DNA from: a virus
Taxonomy: Duplodnaviria > Caudoviricetes
Direction: 5' to 3' (one strand)
Virus record (IMG/VR): IMGVR_UViG_3300049203_000084
Span: 1-62,151 of that record
DNA length: 62,151 nt
Below, in pieces: positions 8,338 to 17,117 of the stretch. The position numbers and the translations under genes were made by a program. How positions within the stretch are numbered: position 1 is the stretch's first letter; each line of letters opens with the position of its first letter. The notes under the pieces are model-generated. The model was given only the letters and a program-made list of their open reading frames with translations. It ran no database searches and was not told the DNA's origin.

Positions 8338-9753
8338 ATGAGCAAGCCACGCGCAGTCGCCTATGTACGGGTCTCCCAAGAGCGGGACGGCATGATTAGC
8401 CCCGAGCTTCAGCTGAACTCGATCCAGACCCACTGTGAGCGCATGGGCTATGACCTCATCGAGACGCTGGAAGACCTCGACCTGTCCGGGCGGTTCTGGA
8501 AGCGTCGGCAGGTCGAGCAGGCCGTCAAGATGATCGAGGACAAGAAGGCTGATGTCCTCGTGGTCTGGAAGATCAGCCGCGTGGCGCGCAACAGGATGGA
8601 CTGGGCCATCGCGGTGGACCGTGTGGAGGGCATCGGCGGGCGGCTGGAGTCCTCGACCGAGCCTCTGGACACCTCCACCTCCTCCGGGCGGTTTGCCCGA
8701 GGGATGCTCGCGGAGCTGGCCGTGTTCGAGTCCGAGCGCATCGGGGACACCTGGAAGGAGACCCACGCGCGCCGCGTGCGCAACGGTCTGCCCCATCACG
8801 GGCTGCCTCGGTTCGGCTACGACTACAGCAAGGAGACGGGATACACCGTCAACGAGGCGTCAGGCCCTGTCCTGCGCGAGATGTACCTGCGTTTCATCCA
8901 AGGGGACAGCCTGAGAAATATCGGCGCTTACGCGGCCTCTGAGGGCTTCACTCCCGAGGGCGGCTGGCGGGACGACGGCGTGCGCCAGATTCTGGATCGC
9001 GGCTTCGGGGCCGGATTCATCCGCAGCAAGGGCGAGTTCCTTCCGGGGGCACACGAGGGGGTCATCTCGGAGGCCGAGTGGAAGGCTTTTCAGGTCAAGC
9101 GCGCTGAGCGTTCCGCGCGCGGGATGGGCGGCGGCTTGAACACCGGCAACGTCTACGTCTACTCAGCCCTCCTGCGCTGCTTCTGCGGTGCCAAGATGGA
9201 CGGCGGGGCCACCAAGCGCAACGGGAAGGTCTACAAGCGGTACACCTGTCGGGACGGGCTCACCAAGGGCTCACACGCCCGCGTGTCCGTCTCCGAGCAG
9301 TACGTCGAGGAGGCCGTCATGGAGTGGATGCACACCGTGGCTGCCGAAATCGACGCGCTGGCCTCTCAGGTCACCAAACCGGCCCCGAATCTCGCCCGGA
9401 AGGCCAACCAGCTGGCTGCCGACATCGCCAAGAACCAGACCCGGCTCGACGCCCTCACCGTGAAGTACCTGGACGATGAAATCGGTGCCGAGGTCTACGC
9501 GCGCCTGAAGGCCAAGCTGGAGGACGAGAAGAAGGCCCTCGAAGCCCGGAAGCGGCTCGTGGAGGTCAATTCAGAGGTCAAGCCAGCCATGATCGTGCCG
9601 CAGCTGCTCGAACGGTGGTCCGATGCCCCTGACCGGCTGAAGCGCGAGGCGCTGGGCAAGCTCCTGGAGAAGATTCAGCTCCACGACTGGGAGAACGGCG
9701 TCAGGACAGGGCGCAGGCGGCTGGAGCCGGTGGAACACGCTTGGGATTCGTAG
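8338..9753 (+). CDS. int: Large serine integrase/recombinase
   Basis: YVRVS catalytic Ser, SRVARN, recombinase domain, LLRCFCG..YTC Zn ribbon, coiled coil; probably leaderless (TAGAAT at 8326-8331). Confidence 0.95.
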   Translation: MSKPRAVAYVRVSQERDGMISPELQLNSIQTHCERMGYDLIETLEDLDLSGRFWKRRQVEQAVKMIEDKKADVLVVWKISRVARNRMDWAIAVDRVEGIGGRLESSTEPLDTSTSSGRFARGMLAELAVFESERIGDTWKETHARRVRNGLPHHGLPRFGYDYSKETGYTVNEASGPVLREMYLRFIQGDSLRNIGAYAASEGFTPEGGWRDDGVRQILDRGFGAGFIRSKGEFLPGAHEGVISEAEWKAFQVKRAERSARGMGGGLNTGNVYVYSALLRCFCGAKMDGGATKRNGKVYKRYTCRDGLTKGSHARVSVSEQYVEEAVMEWMHTVAAEIDALASQVTKPAPNLARKANQLAADIAKNQTRLDALTVKYLDDEIGAEVYARLKAKLEDEKKALEARKRLVEVNSEVKPAMIVPQLLERWSDAPDRLKREALGKLLEKIQLHDWENGVRTGRRRLEPVEHAWDS

Positions 9754-9799
9754 GTAGATAGCACCTGCGTATGGTCATACGTCCTTCTTATCTACCTAC
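9750..9799. other. Putative attP site
   Basis: 50-bp imperfect inverted repeat GTAGGTAGATA-n7-CGTATG-GT-CATACG-n7-TATCTACCTAC overlapping the integrase stop; central GT at 9774-9775. Confidence 0.75.
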
Positions 9800-9851
9800 T
9801 CAGATGTACTGAAATCTAGGTAAGTCTAGCGTTTCGCTAGACTTTCGCGGC

Positions 9852-9895
9852 AAAAGAAAACCAGCCCCTTGGCTTAGGCCAGAGGGGGCTGGTGT
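9852..9895 (-). terminator. Terminator between convergent int and the leftward accessory operon
   Basis: CCAGCCCC...GGGGCTGG stem flanked by an A-run on the plus strand. Confidence 0.6.
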
Positions 9896-9944
9896 AAATC
9901 TTCGAGCAAGGTGTGTATTCGCTTTGCGGGCTATGAAAAGTGTA

Positions 9945-10304
9945 TCACTCGGGCTCCAGGTGGTGTTCCGGCATCCGGGCAAGGAACTCCCCGCTGCGTT
10001 TTCGCATGAACTGCCGGAACATGCTGTCGGGAAGGACGTAATACTCTCGGCGGGTGAACTCGGGCACCAGCATGATGGTCCCGCACTCGCCCTGCGCCAT
10101 GCGCTGGAACTGTAGCGAGGGACTGTCCGGCTTGACCGCCCTGACCCGCTCCCCGAGGGAGAAGGCCAGCTCCTCGGCCCGCCAGAGGCGCTGGCCGGTG
10201 GTCGAATAGACCGGCTTCAGGTCGGTGCGGTGGCCCGTGGCATCACGAGGATGCCCACGGGCGTCACGCAGCACCGTGGAGTGGCCCTTCCTAAGCCGCT
10301 TCAT
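9945..10304 (-). CDS. Hypothetical basic protein
   Basis: 119-aa ORF; TAAAAT -10 element 6 nt before the ATG. Confidence 0.55.
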   Translation of the reverse strand: MKRLRKGHSTVLRDARGHPRDATGHRTDLKPVYSTTGQRLWRAEELAFSLGERVRAVKPDSPSLQFQRMAQGECGTIMLVPEFTRREYYVLPDSMFRQFMRKRSGEFLARMPEHHLEPE

Positions 10305-10414
10305 GGTCCGATTTTACCGGGGCCGGAGCCTCGATGATAGAGCGGAGGGCGGGATCATCGAGGTCTTCGAGCGTGAGTTTGGAGATTTTGGGGGCCGGTA
10401 TGCCCTTCAGAGTG

Positions 10415-10852
10415 TCAAAAAGGCGTGCCATGAGTGCTCCTAGCTGAAAATGACGTCGAGGATGGTGTTGCCTTCACGTTGGTGCCCTTGCCGGGGGTTG
10501 CGCCGTCGATCATGGTGCGGACATCGCCGCGCCTGCGGTTCATCTGCTCGATCAGGTCCGTGCGGCCCCGGCGTCCGAGGGATTCCTTCATCCGCTTCCA
10601 GTTGCTGAAGCCGCTGCGCTGCAGGATTTCCTCGAACGTGGCTCCGAACCGCAGCAAGTCCTCGATGTCCTCGTGCTTGTCGGTGGTGCGCTGCGCCTGA
10701 AGCTCGTGGGCTGCCGGGTTGCCGTTGGGGGTGTACCGCTCCCGCTTGCAGTCCAAGCAGCGGATACGGGTGCGCTTTCGGGCGTTGTCGCGCACCCAGC
10801 TGGTGTTCTGCTCGGTCCTCTCGTGCCCGTTGGCGCACTGGCCGGTAATCAC
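10415..10852 (-). CDS. Zn-binding putative DNA-binding protein
   Basis: CANGH..NT..RCLDC domain like the C-termini of the HNH proteins, followed by an HTH-like segment. Confidence 0.6.
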   Translation of the reverse strand: MITGQCANGHERTEQNTSWVRDNARKRTRIRCLDCKRERYTPNGNPAAHELQAQRTTDKHEDIEDLLRFGATFEEILQRSGFSNWKRMKESLGRRGRTDLIEQMNRRRGDVRTMIDGATPGKGTNVKATPSSTSFSARSTHGTPF

Positions 10853-11298
10853 ACCGCCTCCAGAGTCTTCTGGTGCTTGCTGTGGATGGGCCGGTCATCG
10901 CCCCACCACAGAACGGGGGCCTCCAGCTGGATGAAGTGGGGGAAGTACGGCTTGGCCGCTTCCTTGGCGATGGTGACGTGGGGGTTGAAGCCGAACTCGG
11001 ACGGACTGACGATGCCCAGCATGCCCAACTCGCGCGTCAGCCATGCTTGCGCAACGTTCAGGACGGGGCTCTCGATGGTCAGCACCGGGACGTTCTTGTC
11101 CCTGCCGAACAGGGCTGTGCCAGTCACCCGACAGGCCCCGGGATCGAACAGGCCATCGAAATCGAGGACTTCCTGGATGTCCTCGCGCTTGAACTTGGTG
11201 GTCTCGATGTCCCCGAGGAAAAGGGCAGTGGCGTGCAGCTGCGGATCGGCGGAGCCAAGAAACCACGCTGGCCATACGATTGCTATTCCGGTGCTCAT
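10849..11298 (-). CDS. 2H phosphoesterase (LigT/Acb1-like)
   Basis: Two HxT motifs: LHATALFLG and FNPHVTIA. Confidence 0.8.
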   Translation of the reverse strand: MSTGIAIVWPAWFLGSADPQLHATALFLGDIETTKFKREDIQEVLDFDGLFDPGACRVTGTALFGRDKNVPVLTIESPVLNVAQAWLTRELGMLGIVSPSEFGFNPHVTIAKEAAKPYFPHFIQLEAPVLWWGDDRPIHSKHQKTLEAV

Positions 11299-11528
11299 CT
11301 GGTGACCGCCTGTAGAGAGTTGACGTGGGTGTTGGCCTCGGACTTGACCAAGGTGTCCTGCTCCTGATCGGCCCGCCTGCGCCAGAAATTGACGTGGCCC
11401 GAGGTGAAGGTGACGTAGTGCGCCTCGATGGTGTGCTGCCGGGAGCCGTAGTCCAGGTAGGCATAGGTCCGCAGCGGAGTGTCCACAGCGACGGCCTTGG
11501 GCTCGTTCTCTTTGCCGTAGAAGGTCAC
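11295..11528 (-). CDS. Hypothetical protein
   Basis: GTG start with GTGA/ATGA overlaps to both neighbours. Confidence 0.65.
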   Translation of the reverse strand: MTFYGKENEPKAVAVDTPLRTYAYLDYGSRQHTIEAHYVTFTSGHVNFWRRRADQEQDTLVKSEANTHVNSLQAVTR

Positions 11529-11689
11529 TGGTAGACCACCTTTTCTCCGGGGTGGAAGTCCTTGACGTGCTGCTCGGCCCAGTTGATGCAGGACGGCTTG
11601 CTGCTGTTGATGCCCTCCTGATGATCGACGCAGAACGCCTGCCACTTCCGGGGCTGCTTGTTGTCGGGGCGGTAAACGGTGACGGCCAT
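11525..11689 (-). CDS. Small hypothetical protein (Cys/His)
   Basis: TAATG-coupled ORF MAVTVYRP... Confidence 0.65.
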   Translation of the reverse strand: MAVTVYRPDNKQPRKWQAFCVDHQEGINSSKPSCINWAEQHVKDFHPGEKVVYQ

Positions 11690-12210
11690 TACGCGGCCTT
11701 CCTCTCGACTGGCACACCCTGCAACTCGGAGTCGAGCGCGGTTGGTGCGGGGTTGATGGCTGCGGCCCGTGCGAACGGGATGCTGTTGAGCTTGTTGAGG
11801 TTGTAGCCGGTCCACAGGTCCACGGGCTGGCCGTAGGAGGTGATGAGCACGATGGGCCAGCCGTGTGCCTTGTCATCGGGCAGCAGGCCCTTGACGTACT
11901 CGGTCTCGATCCTGTCCTTGCGCGCCGTGTAGGCGACGTGCGGGATGCGCAGTGCCTCCAGGGTCTTGATGGTGGGGTCATCCTTGGGCTTCTGCGGGTA
12001 GTGCAGGTAGACCTCGTAGGCCGGGTGGTAGGGCTGCAGCCGCTTGTTGTCCGTGCCGCGAGGCAGGCAGTCGCGCACACCCTCGCAGTCCTGGCACCAG
12101 CCATCGGGACGCCGGGGGTTCATCGAGTTGTCGCAGCGGGTGCAGTATTTGAACTCGGGCTCCGGCTCATCCCCGAGGCGAGCCAGCGTGAGGTTGCCGT
12201 TGAGCTTCAC
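11689..12210 (-). CDS. Zn finger fused to a degenerate NrdH/glutaredoxin-like domain
   Basis: CTRC..CQDC, then PIVLI..DLWTGYNLNKL resembling the NrdH PVV..WSGFRPD motif; no CxxC in that domain. Confidence 0.45.
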   Translation of the reverse strand: MKLNGNLTLARLGDEPEPEFKYCTRCDNSMNPRRPDGWCQDCEGVRDCLPRGTDNKRLQPYHPAYEVYLHYPQKPKDDPTIKTLEALRIPHVAYTARKDRIETEYVKGLLPDDKAHGWPIVLITSYGQPVDLWTGYNLNKLNSIPFARAAAINPAPTALDSELQGVPVERKAA

Positions 12211-12584
12211 CAGTTGCCTCCGGTGTTGGCCGGGTCGCGCCAGTCGGTGAAGGCGATGATCGGGGTGTTCCGCCACGTTCCCAAGGCCTCCTGGAAGGCA
12301 GCCTTGGGGACGTGGAAGCGTAGCGGCTGGACAGCCGGGTGCCCGATGCGGATCAGGGCTGCCTCCAGCGATTCGGTAGGGCGCTTGAAGACCTCACCTG
12401 CGAGGAAAAGATCAGGGTCCGACTCAGCTACCAGCTGGTCGAAGATCGGTGTGGGGTTGGTGCTCACGAGACCTCCTGTGGCGAATACGGGTGTGGCGTT
12501 GGCTTCGGTGCCGATCCAGGCAGCGATTTCCTGCTGTGTGGGGGTGGGTCCGAACTCTTGGCAGACGCGGATGCGGGGCTTCAT
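12207..12584 (-). CDS. Hypothetical protein
   Basis: GGAGG RBS, overlap coupling. Confidence 0.6.
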   Translation of the reverse strand: MKPRIRVCQEFGPTPTQQEIAAWIGTEANATPVFATGGLVSTNPTPIFDQLVAESDPDLFLAGEVFKRPTESLEAALIRIGHPAVQPLRFHVPKAAFQEALGTWRNTPIIAFTDWRDPANTGGNW

Positions 12585-12871
12585 ACTGTGCCTCCTATGG
12601 GGCCGAGAACGGTGATGTAGGTGTGGGCGGGGCCTTGGGTGTGGCACTCGCTGCACTCGATGTCCCAGTCCGTTGCGAACGACTCAACAAACGTCCGGCA
12701 GTAGGTCTTGACGGCGTTGAAGCCGCAGTCGGGGCAGTGGACCTGCGCGTAGTGCGTGGCCGGGTCAGCATCGTGGTGCGGGTGTTCCGGGTCATGGCTG
12801 GCGGATTCGCAGGGCTCGGCTGGCATCTCTCCCACCAGTTCGGAGATGTCCAGGTCAAGCGCGGTGCTCAT
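12581..12871 (-). CDS. Cys-rich Zn-binding protein
   Basis: C..H, CPDC, C, CSEC; ATGA coupling. Confidence 0.65.
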   Translation of the reverse strand: MSTALDLDISELVGEMPAEPCESASHDPEHPHHDADPATHYAQVHCPDCGFNAVKTYCRTFVESFATDWDIECSECHTQGPAHTYITVLGPIGGTV

Positions 12872-13221
12872 TGCCCCGTGCCCGCCAACTGCTGGTCCGT
12901 GAGGTCTTCCAGCTCGATGATGCGGTCCACAGCCTTCCGGCCCCACGGCGACAGCTGTCCGTACCCCAAGCGGGGGTCGAACTCGAAGCTGTTGGCAATG
13001 GCGTCCCGGCGCTCCTGCAGTCTCTTAGCCGCGTACTCCTCGGAGCCGAAATACTCCTCCAGCTTCTGGGTGAGTGCGATGAACATGAGGGCCTGACCGC
13101 GCGCGACTTCGAGGTTGGCACGGCTGAGGTGCCAGCCCCTGCCGTCCACGATGGCCTGCTTGTGCTCGGCGTCGATGGTGACCTCGGGCAGCTTGCCCCC
13201 GATCTTGAACTCGGTGCGCAT
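12868..13221 (-). CDS. Hypothetical protein
   Basis: TGATG-coupled ORF MRTEFKIG... Confidence 0.7.
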   Translation of the reverse strand: MRTEFKIGGKLPEVTIDAEHKQAIVDGRGWHLSRANLEVARGQALMFIALTQKLEEYFGSEEYAAKRLQERRDAIANSFEFDPRLGYGQLSPWGRKAVDRIIELEDLTDQQLAGTGQ

Positions 13222-13511
13222 CAGCCCACCCCGTTGGCGTAGTTGGCCTGTGCCTTGACGGCGGCGCGGAGGTGCTTGCGCTCGTCCAGGATTTCGTAGA
13301 GGTCCGCTGGGAAGTATTTCTCCAAGGCGGTGAAGTGGTGGCCGCAGAACATCAGCTGCAGGGTGGTCTCGTAGGACTCGACGCGGGCGTAGGCTGCCGC
13401 GCCGCACTGGTCGCAGCGGTCGGCGTGGGTCAGCTCGCGCTGGCCGAGGGGCGTGTGAGTCGGCGCTGGCTGCTGGGCTGCGGCGTAGGCGGCGGCTGCG
13501 GGTGTGCTCAT
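13221..13511 (-). CDS. Small Zn-binding protein resembling a conserved actinobacterial family
   Basis: ADRCDQCGAAAY..LMFCGHH..DE pattern; conserved leader and RBS. Confidence 0.65.
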   Translation of the reverse strand: MSTPAAAAYAAAQQPAPTHTPLGQRELTHADRCDQCGAAAYARVESYETTLQLMFCGHHFTALEKYFPADLYEILDERKHLRAAVKAQANYANGVG

Positions 13512-13655
13512 TGCTGCTCCTTACTAGGTGTGTAGATAAAGACAGCCTACCCAAAAAATAAACAGGGAGGAAGGGGTGCGGCCCGGAAACTTTTGGGCAC
13601 GGAAAAGCCCTGCGGCCTTTCGGCACACAGGGCTTCCGCTGGGGGTGGCTCCAGT

Positions 13656-14072
13656 CTACTCCGGGGGCATCTCGTTGCGCGCCTCGATCTGCAGAGACTT
13701 TCCCTGGTCCCGCAGCCACATGACTGGGTTGGCGGGGTTGGCCTGCTGCAGGCGCTTGGCTGCCTCGATGAGGGCCTTGGCCTCGACCTGCTTCCGCTCG
13801 ATGCGCCGCCACTGCCGTGCGCCCTCCCGGAGCTTCCTGCGCGCCTCGGCCATCCGCTCGGGGTGGTCCCGGTTGGCCTTCTCCACCTCGGTCAGATCGC
13901 GCTTGTCCTTCAGGAGGTGTGGGGCTGCGGCCACCAGGGCGTTACTGGCCCTGATTCGATACCTGATGCGTGTCTCATCGGACATCAGTTCCCACTTGGC
14001 GGGAGACCCGCGAAACTCGTGCTCGAACTCTGCCCTAGCCGCCGCTTCTACCGCCTCGTCAGAAATTTCCAT
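13656..14072 (-). CDS. Hypothetical protein
   Basis: CACCACACACCTAGTAAGGAGCAC leader; terminator hairpin at about 13605-13636. Confidence 0.75.
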   Translation of the reverse strand: MEISDEAVEAAARAEFEHEFRGSPAKWELMSDETRIRYRIRASNALVAAAPHLLKDKRDLTEVEKANRDHPERMAEARRKLREGARQWRRIERKQVEAKALIEAAKRLQQANPANPVMWLRDQGKSLQIEARNEMPPE

Positions 14073-14429
14073 CGCGTGCTCCTTACTAGGTGTGTGGTGG
14101 TTGCGCCCAGTCTACAGGTGCAAAGGGCGCGAGGGTAGAACCAGGGGAGCGCCTACTGCGAAAAATGCAGTGCCGAAATTTTTGGAATCGGGGAATCGGG
14201 AGAGGGGGCTACTACGGAAATTCGATGCGCCGAAAAAAGTATGTCGAACCCCGCCCCCATCCGGCCTTCGCCAGCTGTCTGAAACTGATTCGGTTGGACT
14301 CTTGACTTCTTCCTGGAACTCTGAAACTGCTTCCCGATCACTGCATACTCCCTCACACACCTGCATGGAAATTCATGAGTACATGGATGCATATGCATGG
14401 GGATACGACACGCCAACGCCCACGAGTGT

Positions 14430-14438
14430 TGTGGATAA
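14430..14438 (-). promoter_or_regulatory. DnaA box (TTATCCACA)
   Basis: Perfect consensus, read as TGTGGATAA on the plus strand, in non-coding DNA. Confidence 0.55.
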
Positions 14439-14521
14439 CTCAGGTTGGCATACGTCTCATCTGTGGTGATGCATGTCAAAAAGGCATGGTTTCAACAACG
14501 CCTGTCTCTCTCTCCGTGCCG

Positions 14522-14530
14522 TTATCCACA
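14522..14530 (+). promoter_or_regulatory. DnaA box (TTATCCACA)
   Basis: Perfect consensus, opposite orientation to the first, followed by AT-rich 14559-14580. Confidence 0.55.
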
Positions 14531-14820
14531 GATGTCCTTACACACCTTTGCGCGAGTGTTTTCTTAGATATAAATTAGAGAATGGGTTACTGAAACGGGC
14601 GCTAGCGCAACGCATTACCATTTATGAGACATATATCCCCTAGCAACACGCCCGACTACGTGGCAAGCCTTCCCTGCCCTTCAGCAGTACCCTTCCTGGC
14701 CTCCCTTCCCCTGCTCCCTGCCATCCTCCGGACCTTACAGACAGGCTATGGGGAGCAGTGCCACTAAGCCCTTCAGCGCCTCAGATCGGCTTACAGCGCT
14801 AGCTGTCAGCACACAACACA

Positions 14821-14946
14821 AGAGCCCTTCCCGCGTGATGGGGAAGGGCTCTAAGGAGTCGAGCTGCAGCAGCCCTGCTGCCTGCCTGGACACTGGCACT
14901 ATGGCAGGACATGAGTAGAGCCCTTACCTAATGGCAAGGGCTCTAC
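14821..14946 (-). terminator. Two related hairpins ending the low-GC operon
   Basis: AGAGCCCTT...AAGGGCTCT at 14821-14852 and again at 14915-14946. Confidence 0.6.
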
Positions 14947-14977
14947 AGGTAGTAGGAGTCCGGGAGGGGAGTGGCTC

Positions 14978-15208
14978 TTATATGCGCTCCTGTACTGGCG
15001 GGGGAGTATCAAGTGGGACAACGTAGCAGGAGCCTTCAGCAAGGCTCCACACATCGCCGCGTATGCTGTTAGGTCCGACATCGCGCGTGTAGCCTTGCAT
15101 CCCGCTACGCGCGTCATATCCCCTATGGATATAAACAGGGGAATCTTCAAGGCTATCCATCTTGAAGCGCTCCCCTACCTGCAGACTGTCGAGCCTAGTT
15201 CTGTTCAC
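14978..15208 (-). CDS. Hypothetical protein (low-GC block)
   Basis: GGAGG RBS, GTG start. Confidence 0.55.
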   Translation of the reverse strand: MNRTRLDSLQVGERFKMDSLEDSPVYIHRGYDARSGMQGYTRDVGPNSIRGDVWSLAEGSCYVVPLDTPPPVQERI

Positions 15209-15591
15209 TTGCTTACCTCCTGCCAGCTGCAGTTAGTGCAGCGGCCTCTAGTAATGGTTCCCTTGCGGCGCTTGCCCGTTACTTGAGCCATGGTGACGCA
15301 AGGGTCTGTTACAGCGTGTGCCGGACATAGCAGGGTAGTTGTGCTGCCGTCGGCATTGTGAGCACACGCACAACGGGCAGGCTTCCCTGCAGTGTCGAAT
15401 CCGTGGGCGAGGTTATAGAGCCCATCGATCAAGTTCTGAACGTTCATTCCGGCCCGATGCTTGCTGGCTATGTCGGCAAGCAAGCGATTGTAAGAATCAA
15501 CCTGGATATCTGGCCATACGCTGCCATTCCAGCGCTTGTATCCGTAGGGCATCGGCTCAAGCCCAGTGAGCCCAATAGGTGTGCTAGTCAT
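15205..15591 (-). CDS. Hypothetical Cys-rich protein (low-GC block)
   Basis: AAAGG RBS; C-terminal Cys cluster. Confidence 0.6.
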   Translation of the reverse strand: MTSTPIGLTGLEPMPYGYKRWNGSVWPDIQVDSYNRLLADIASKHRAGMNVQNLIDGLYNLAHGFDTAGKPARCACAHNADGSTTTLLCPAHAVTDPCVTMAQVTGKRRKGTITRGRCTNCSWQEVSK

Positions 15592-15595
15592 TGTG

Positions 15596-15871
15596 CTAAT
15601 GCCTTTCGAGTCGAGATACAGCGAACGTGACGTGAATCCGGTACTGCTCATCCAAGGTTTGAGCTACGCGGATAAGGCGGCTGGAGCGCGTTTTCTCCGG
15701 ATACATGAGAGCGCGACGGGCAAGACGCCTAGCGGCCTCATCACTCTTTTTTGTCCGGGGATGTGGGCAAGCAACAGTTACGCGCAACGTTCCGTTGTGA
15801 TCCCAATCCGTGGCAACAATCTGCATTGTTCCGGCCCTGTTGGTATCTCCAACCTTCAGCGGTTCACTCAT
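15596..15871 (-). CDS. Hypothetical protein (low-GC block)
   Basis: Tightly packed operon. Confidence 0.6.
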   Translation of the reverse strand: MSEPLKVGDTNRAGTMQIVATDWDHNGTLRVTVACPHPRTKKSDEAARRLARRALMYPEKTRSSRLIRVAQTLDEQYRIHVTFAVSRLERH

Positions 15872-16235
15872 CGTCTTGCCCTACCCATTCCGAATAGATG
15901 CCCTCCAGCGAGTCATACGCTTGCTGCAACAGCTCTGCAGTTGGGTACTCCGAGACCGACACAAAGCCATTGGAGTCTTCAGCGATGAGAAAATGACCTG
16001 CCAGCGAGCTACGGAACTCCGGCCCGTCTTCGATGCTGTAGACCTTCAGCTGGTCTTCGATGAGTGACGTTAGCTCAGTGTTGGATACCTGGACCTCTGC
16101 AGCATCATTGCTGATCCTCCAGACGTAGCCGGTAGGGGCCTCCACATTCCCAAACGAGTCATTGGCCCAATCCGATGTGGCCATGTAGTGGAGAATGTTG
16201 TCCCTGTCGGTGCTGTACTTTCCAAGCTGGGTCAT
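15864..16235 (-). CDS. Acidic hypothetical protein (low-GC block)
   Basis: GAAAGG RBS; Asp/Glu-rich. Confidence 0.7.
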   Translation of the reverse strand: MTQLGKYSTDRDNILHYMATSDWANDSFGNVEAPTGYVWRISNDAAEVQVSNTELTSLIEDQLKVYSIEDGPEFRSSLAGHFLIAEDSNGFVSVSEYPTAELLQQAYDSLEGIYSEWVGQDDE

Positions 16236-16239
16236 TGCT

Positions 16240-16353
16240 CTAGCCTTTCCTGTCGTTTGTGTGCCGTCGCTTCAGCGAGGCGATGAGCTGGGGAACTGCG
16301 ATAAGCAGTCCAATGATGCATAGAGCGAAAATGTAGAACTGGATCGGATACAT
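16240..16353 (-). CDS. Small membrane peptide
   Basis: MYPIQFYIFALCIIGLLIAVPQLIASLKRR..., 37 aa, fills the operon gap. Confidence 0.5.
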   Translation of the reverse strand: MYPIQFYIFALCIIGLLIAVPQLIASLKRRHTNDRKG

Positions 16354-16359
16354 GGTCAG

Positions 16360-17019
16360 TTACGCACTTGCGATGGCTTTGCGGATAAGTTCCTGCATTC
16401 GCACTATGACTGTGGCCGGAATCAGCCGGACCAGCCATGCCGAGCCCCAACGATAACCAGTTTCAGGGCAAGATGGTGTGTTTTTCAGGTCAGGCCGCTT
16501 ACCGTAGGGCGAGTCTTCCCAGAGCGGGTCCGGAACATGCTGGCAACCTGCCTGCATATCATTCAAGTGCCAGTTTTTCCATAGCCGGTGAATTTCCTTC
16601 AGCTCCTGGAGCGTCCAGCCGTTGGCAGGGTCTGCGACCTCTAGCAGAGTGTCCAGCATCTGCCCACCACCGTCCCAATTATCGTCCCTCCGGCCCTTCA
16701 AGACAGTGTGACCACTGGCACTGAAGCGAAAAAACTCATCGGTAACAGGCTCATGTGTAACACTGGTTTTTCCCTCTTTTGCCACACGCTCCAGGGACAT
16801 ATCCAGGTATACGCGAGTACCCTCCGCAGTCCTGCCAACGAAAATGTCTTCAGCTTTCAGGGACTCCCATTCGGTAGGTTCGAATGCGTAACCTTCTTCA
16901 GTGATAGCCAAGTCAACTGACTTGGTTTGGTGACGTAAGAGCCACGAAAAAGCCATGTTTTCTGTCAGCGGCCCTGCCAGTTTTTCACCGTCTCGGGTCA
17001 CGTTTACATAGTTGCTCAT
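16360..17019 (-). CDS. Hypothetical protein (low-GC block)
   Basis: 219 aa; WHLNDMQAGC..CP..GYRWGSAW motif; AC-rich leader with CAGGAGCA. Confidence 0.75.
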   Translation of the reverse strand: MSNYVNVTRDGEKLAGPLTENMAFSWLLRHQTKSVDLAITEEGYAFEPTEWESLKAEDIFVGRTAEGTRVYLDMSLERVAKEGKTSVTHEPVTDEFFRFSASGHTVLKGRRDDNWDGGGQMLDTLLEVADPANGWTLQELKEIHRLWKNWHLNDMQAGCQHVPDPLWEDSPYGKRPDLKNTPSCPETGYRWGSAWLVRLIPATVIVRMQELIRKAIASA

Positions 17020-17117
17020 TGATTGCTCCTGGTTGTGTGGTTGCTGTGGTTGCTGTGGTCTAGGGTTCCATACCGGCCCTGATAGATGGGGGCGACTATC
17101 CGGGCCGGTAAGGCGTC

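Noticed and set aside
17030-17060. Short tandem repeat (GGTTGCTGT-like x3)
   Set aside because: Part of the AC-rich leader of gene 16360-17019; too short to be an array or iteron set.
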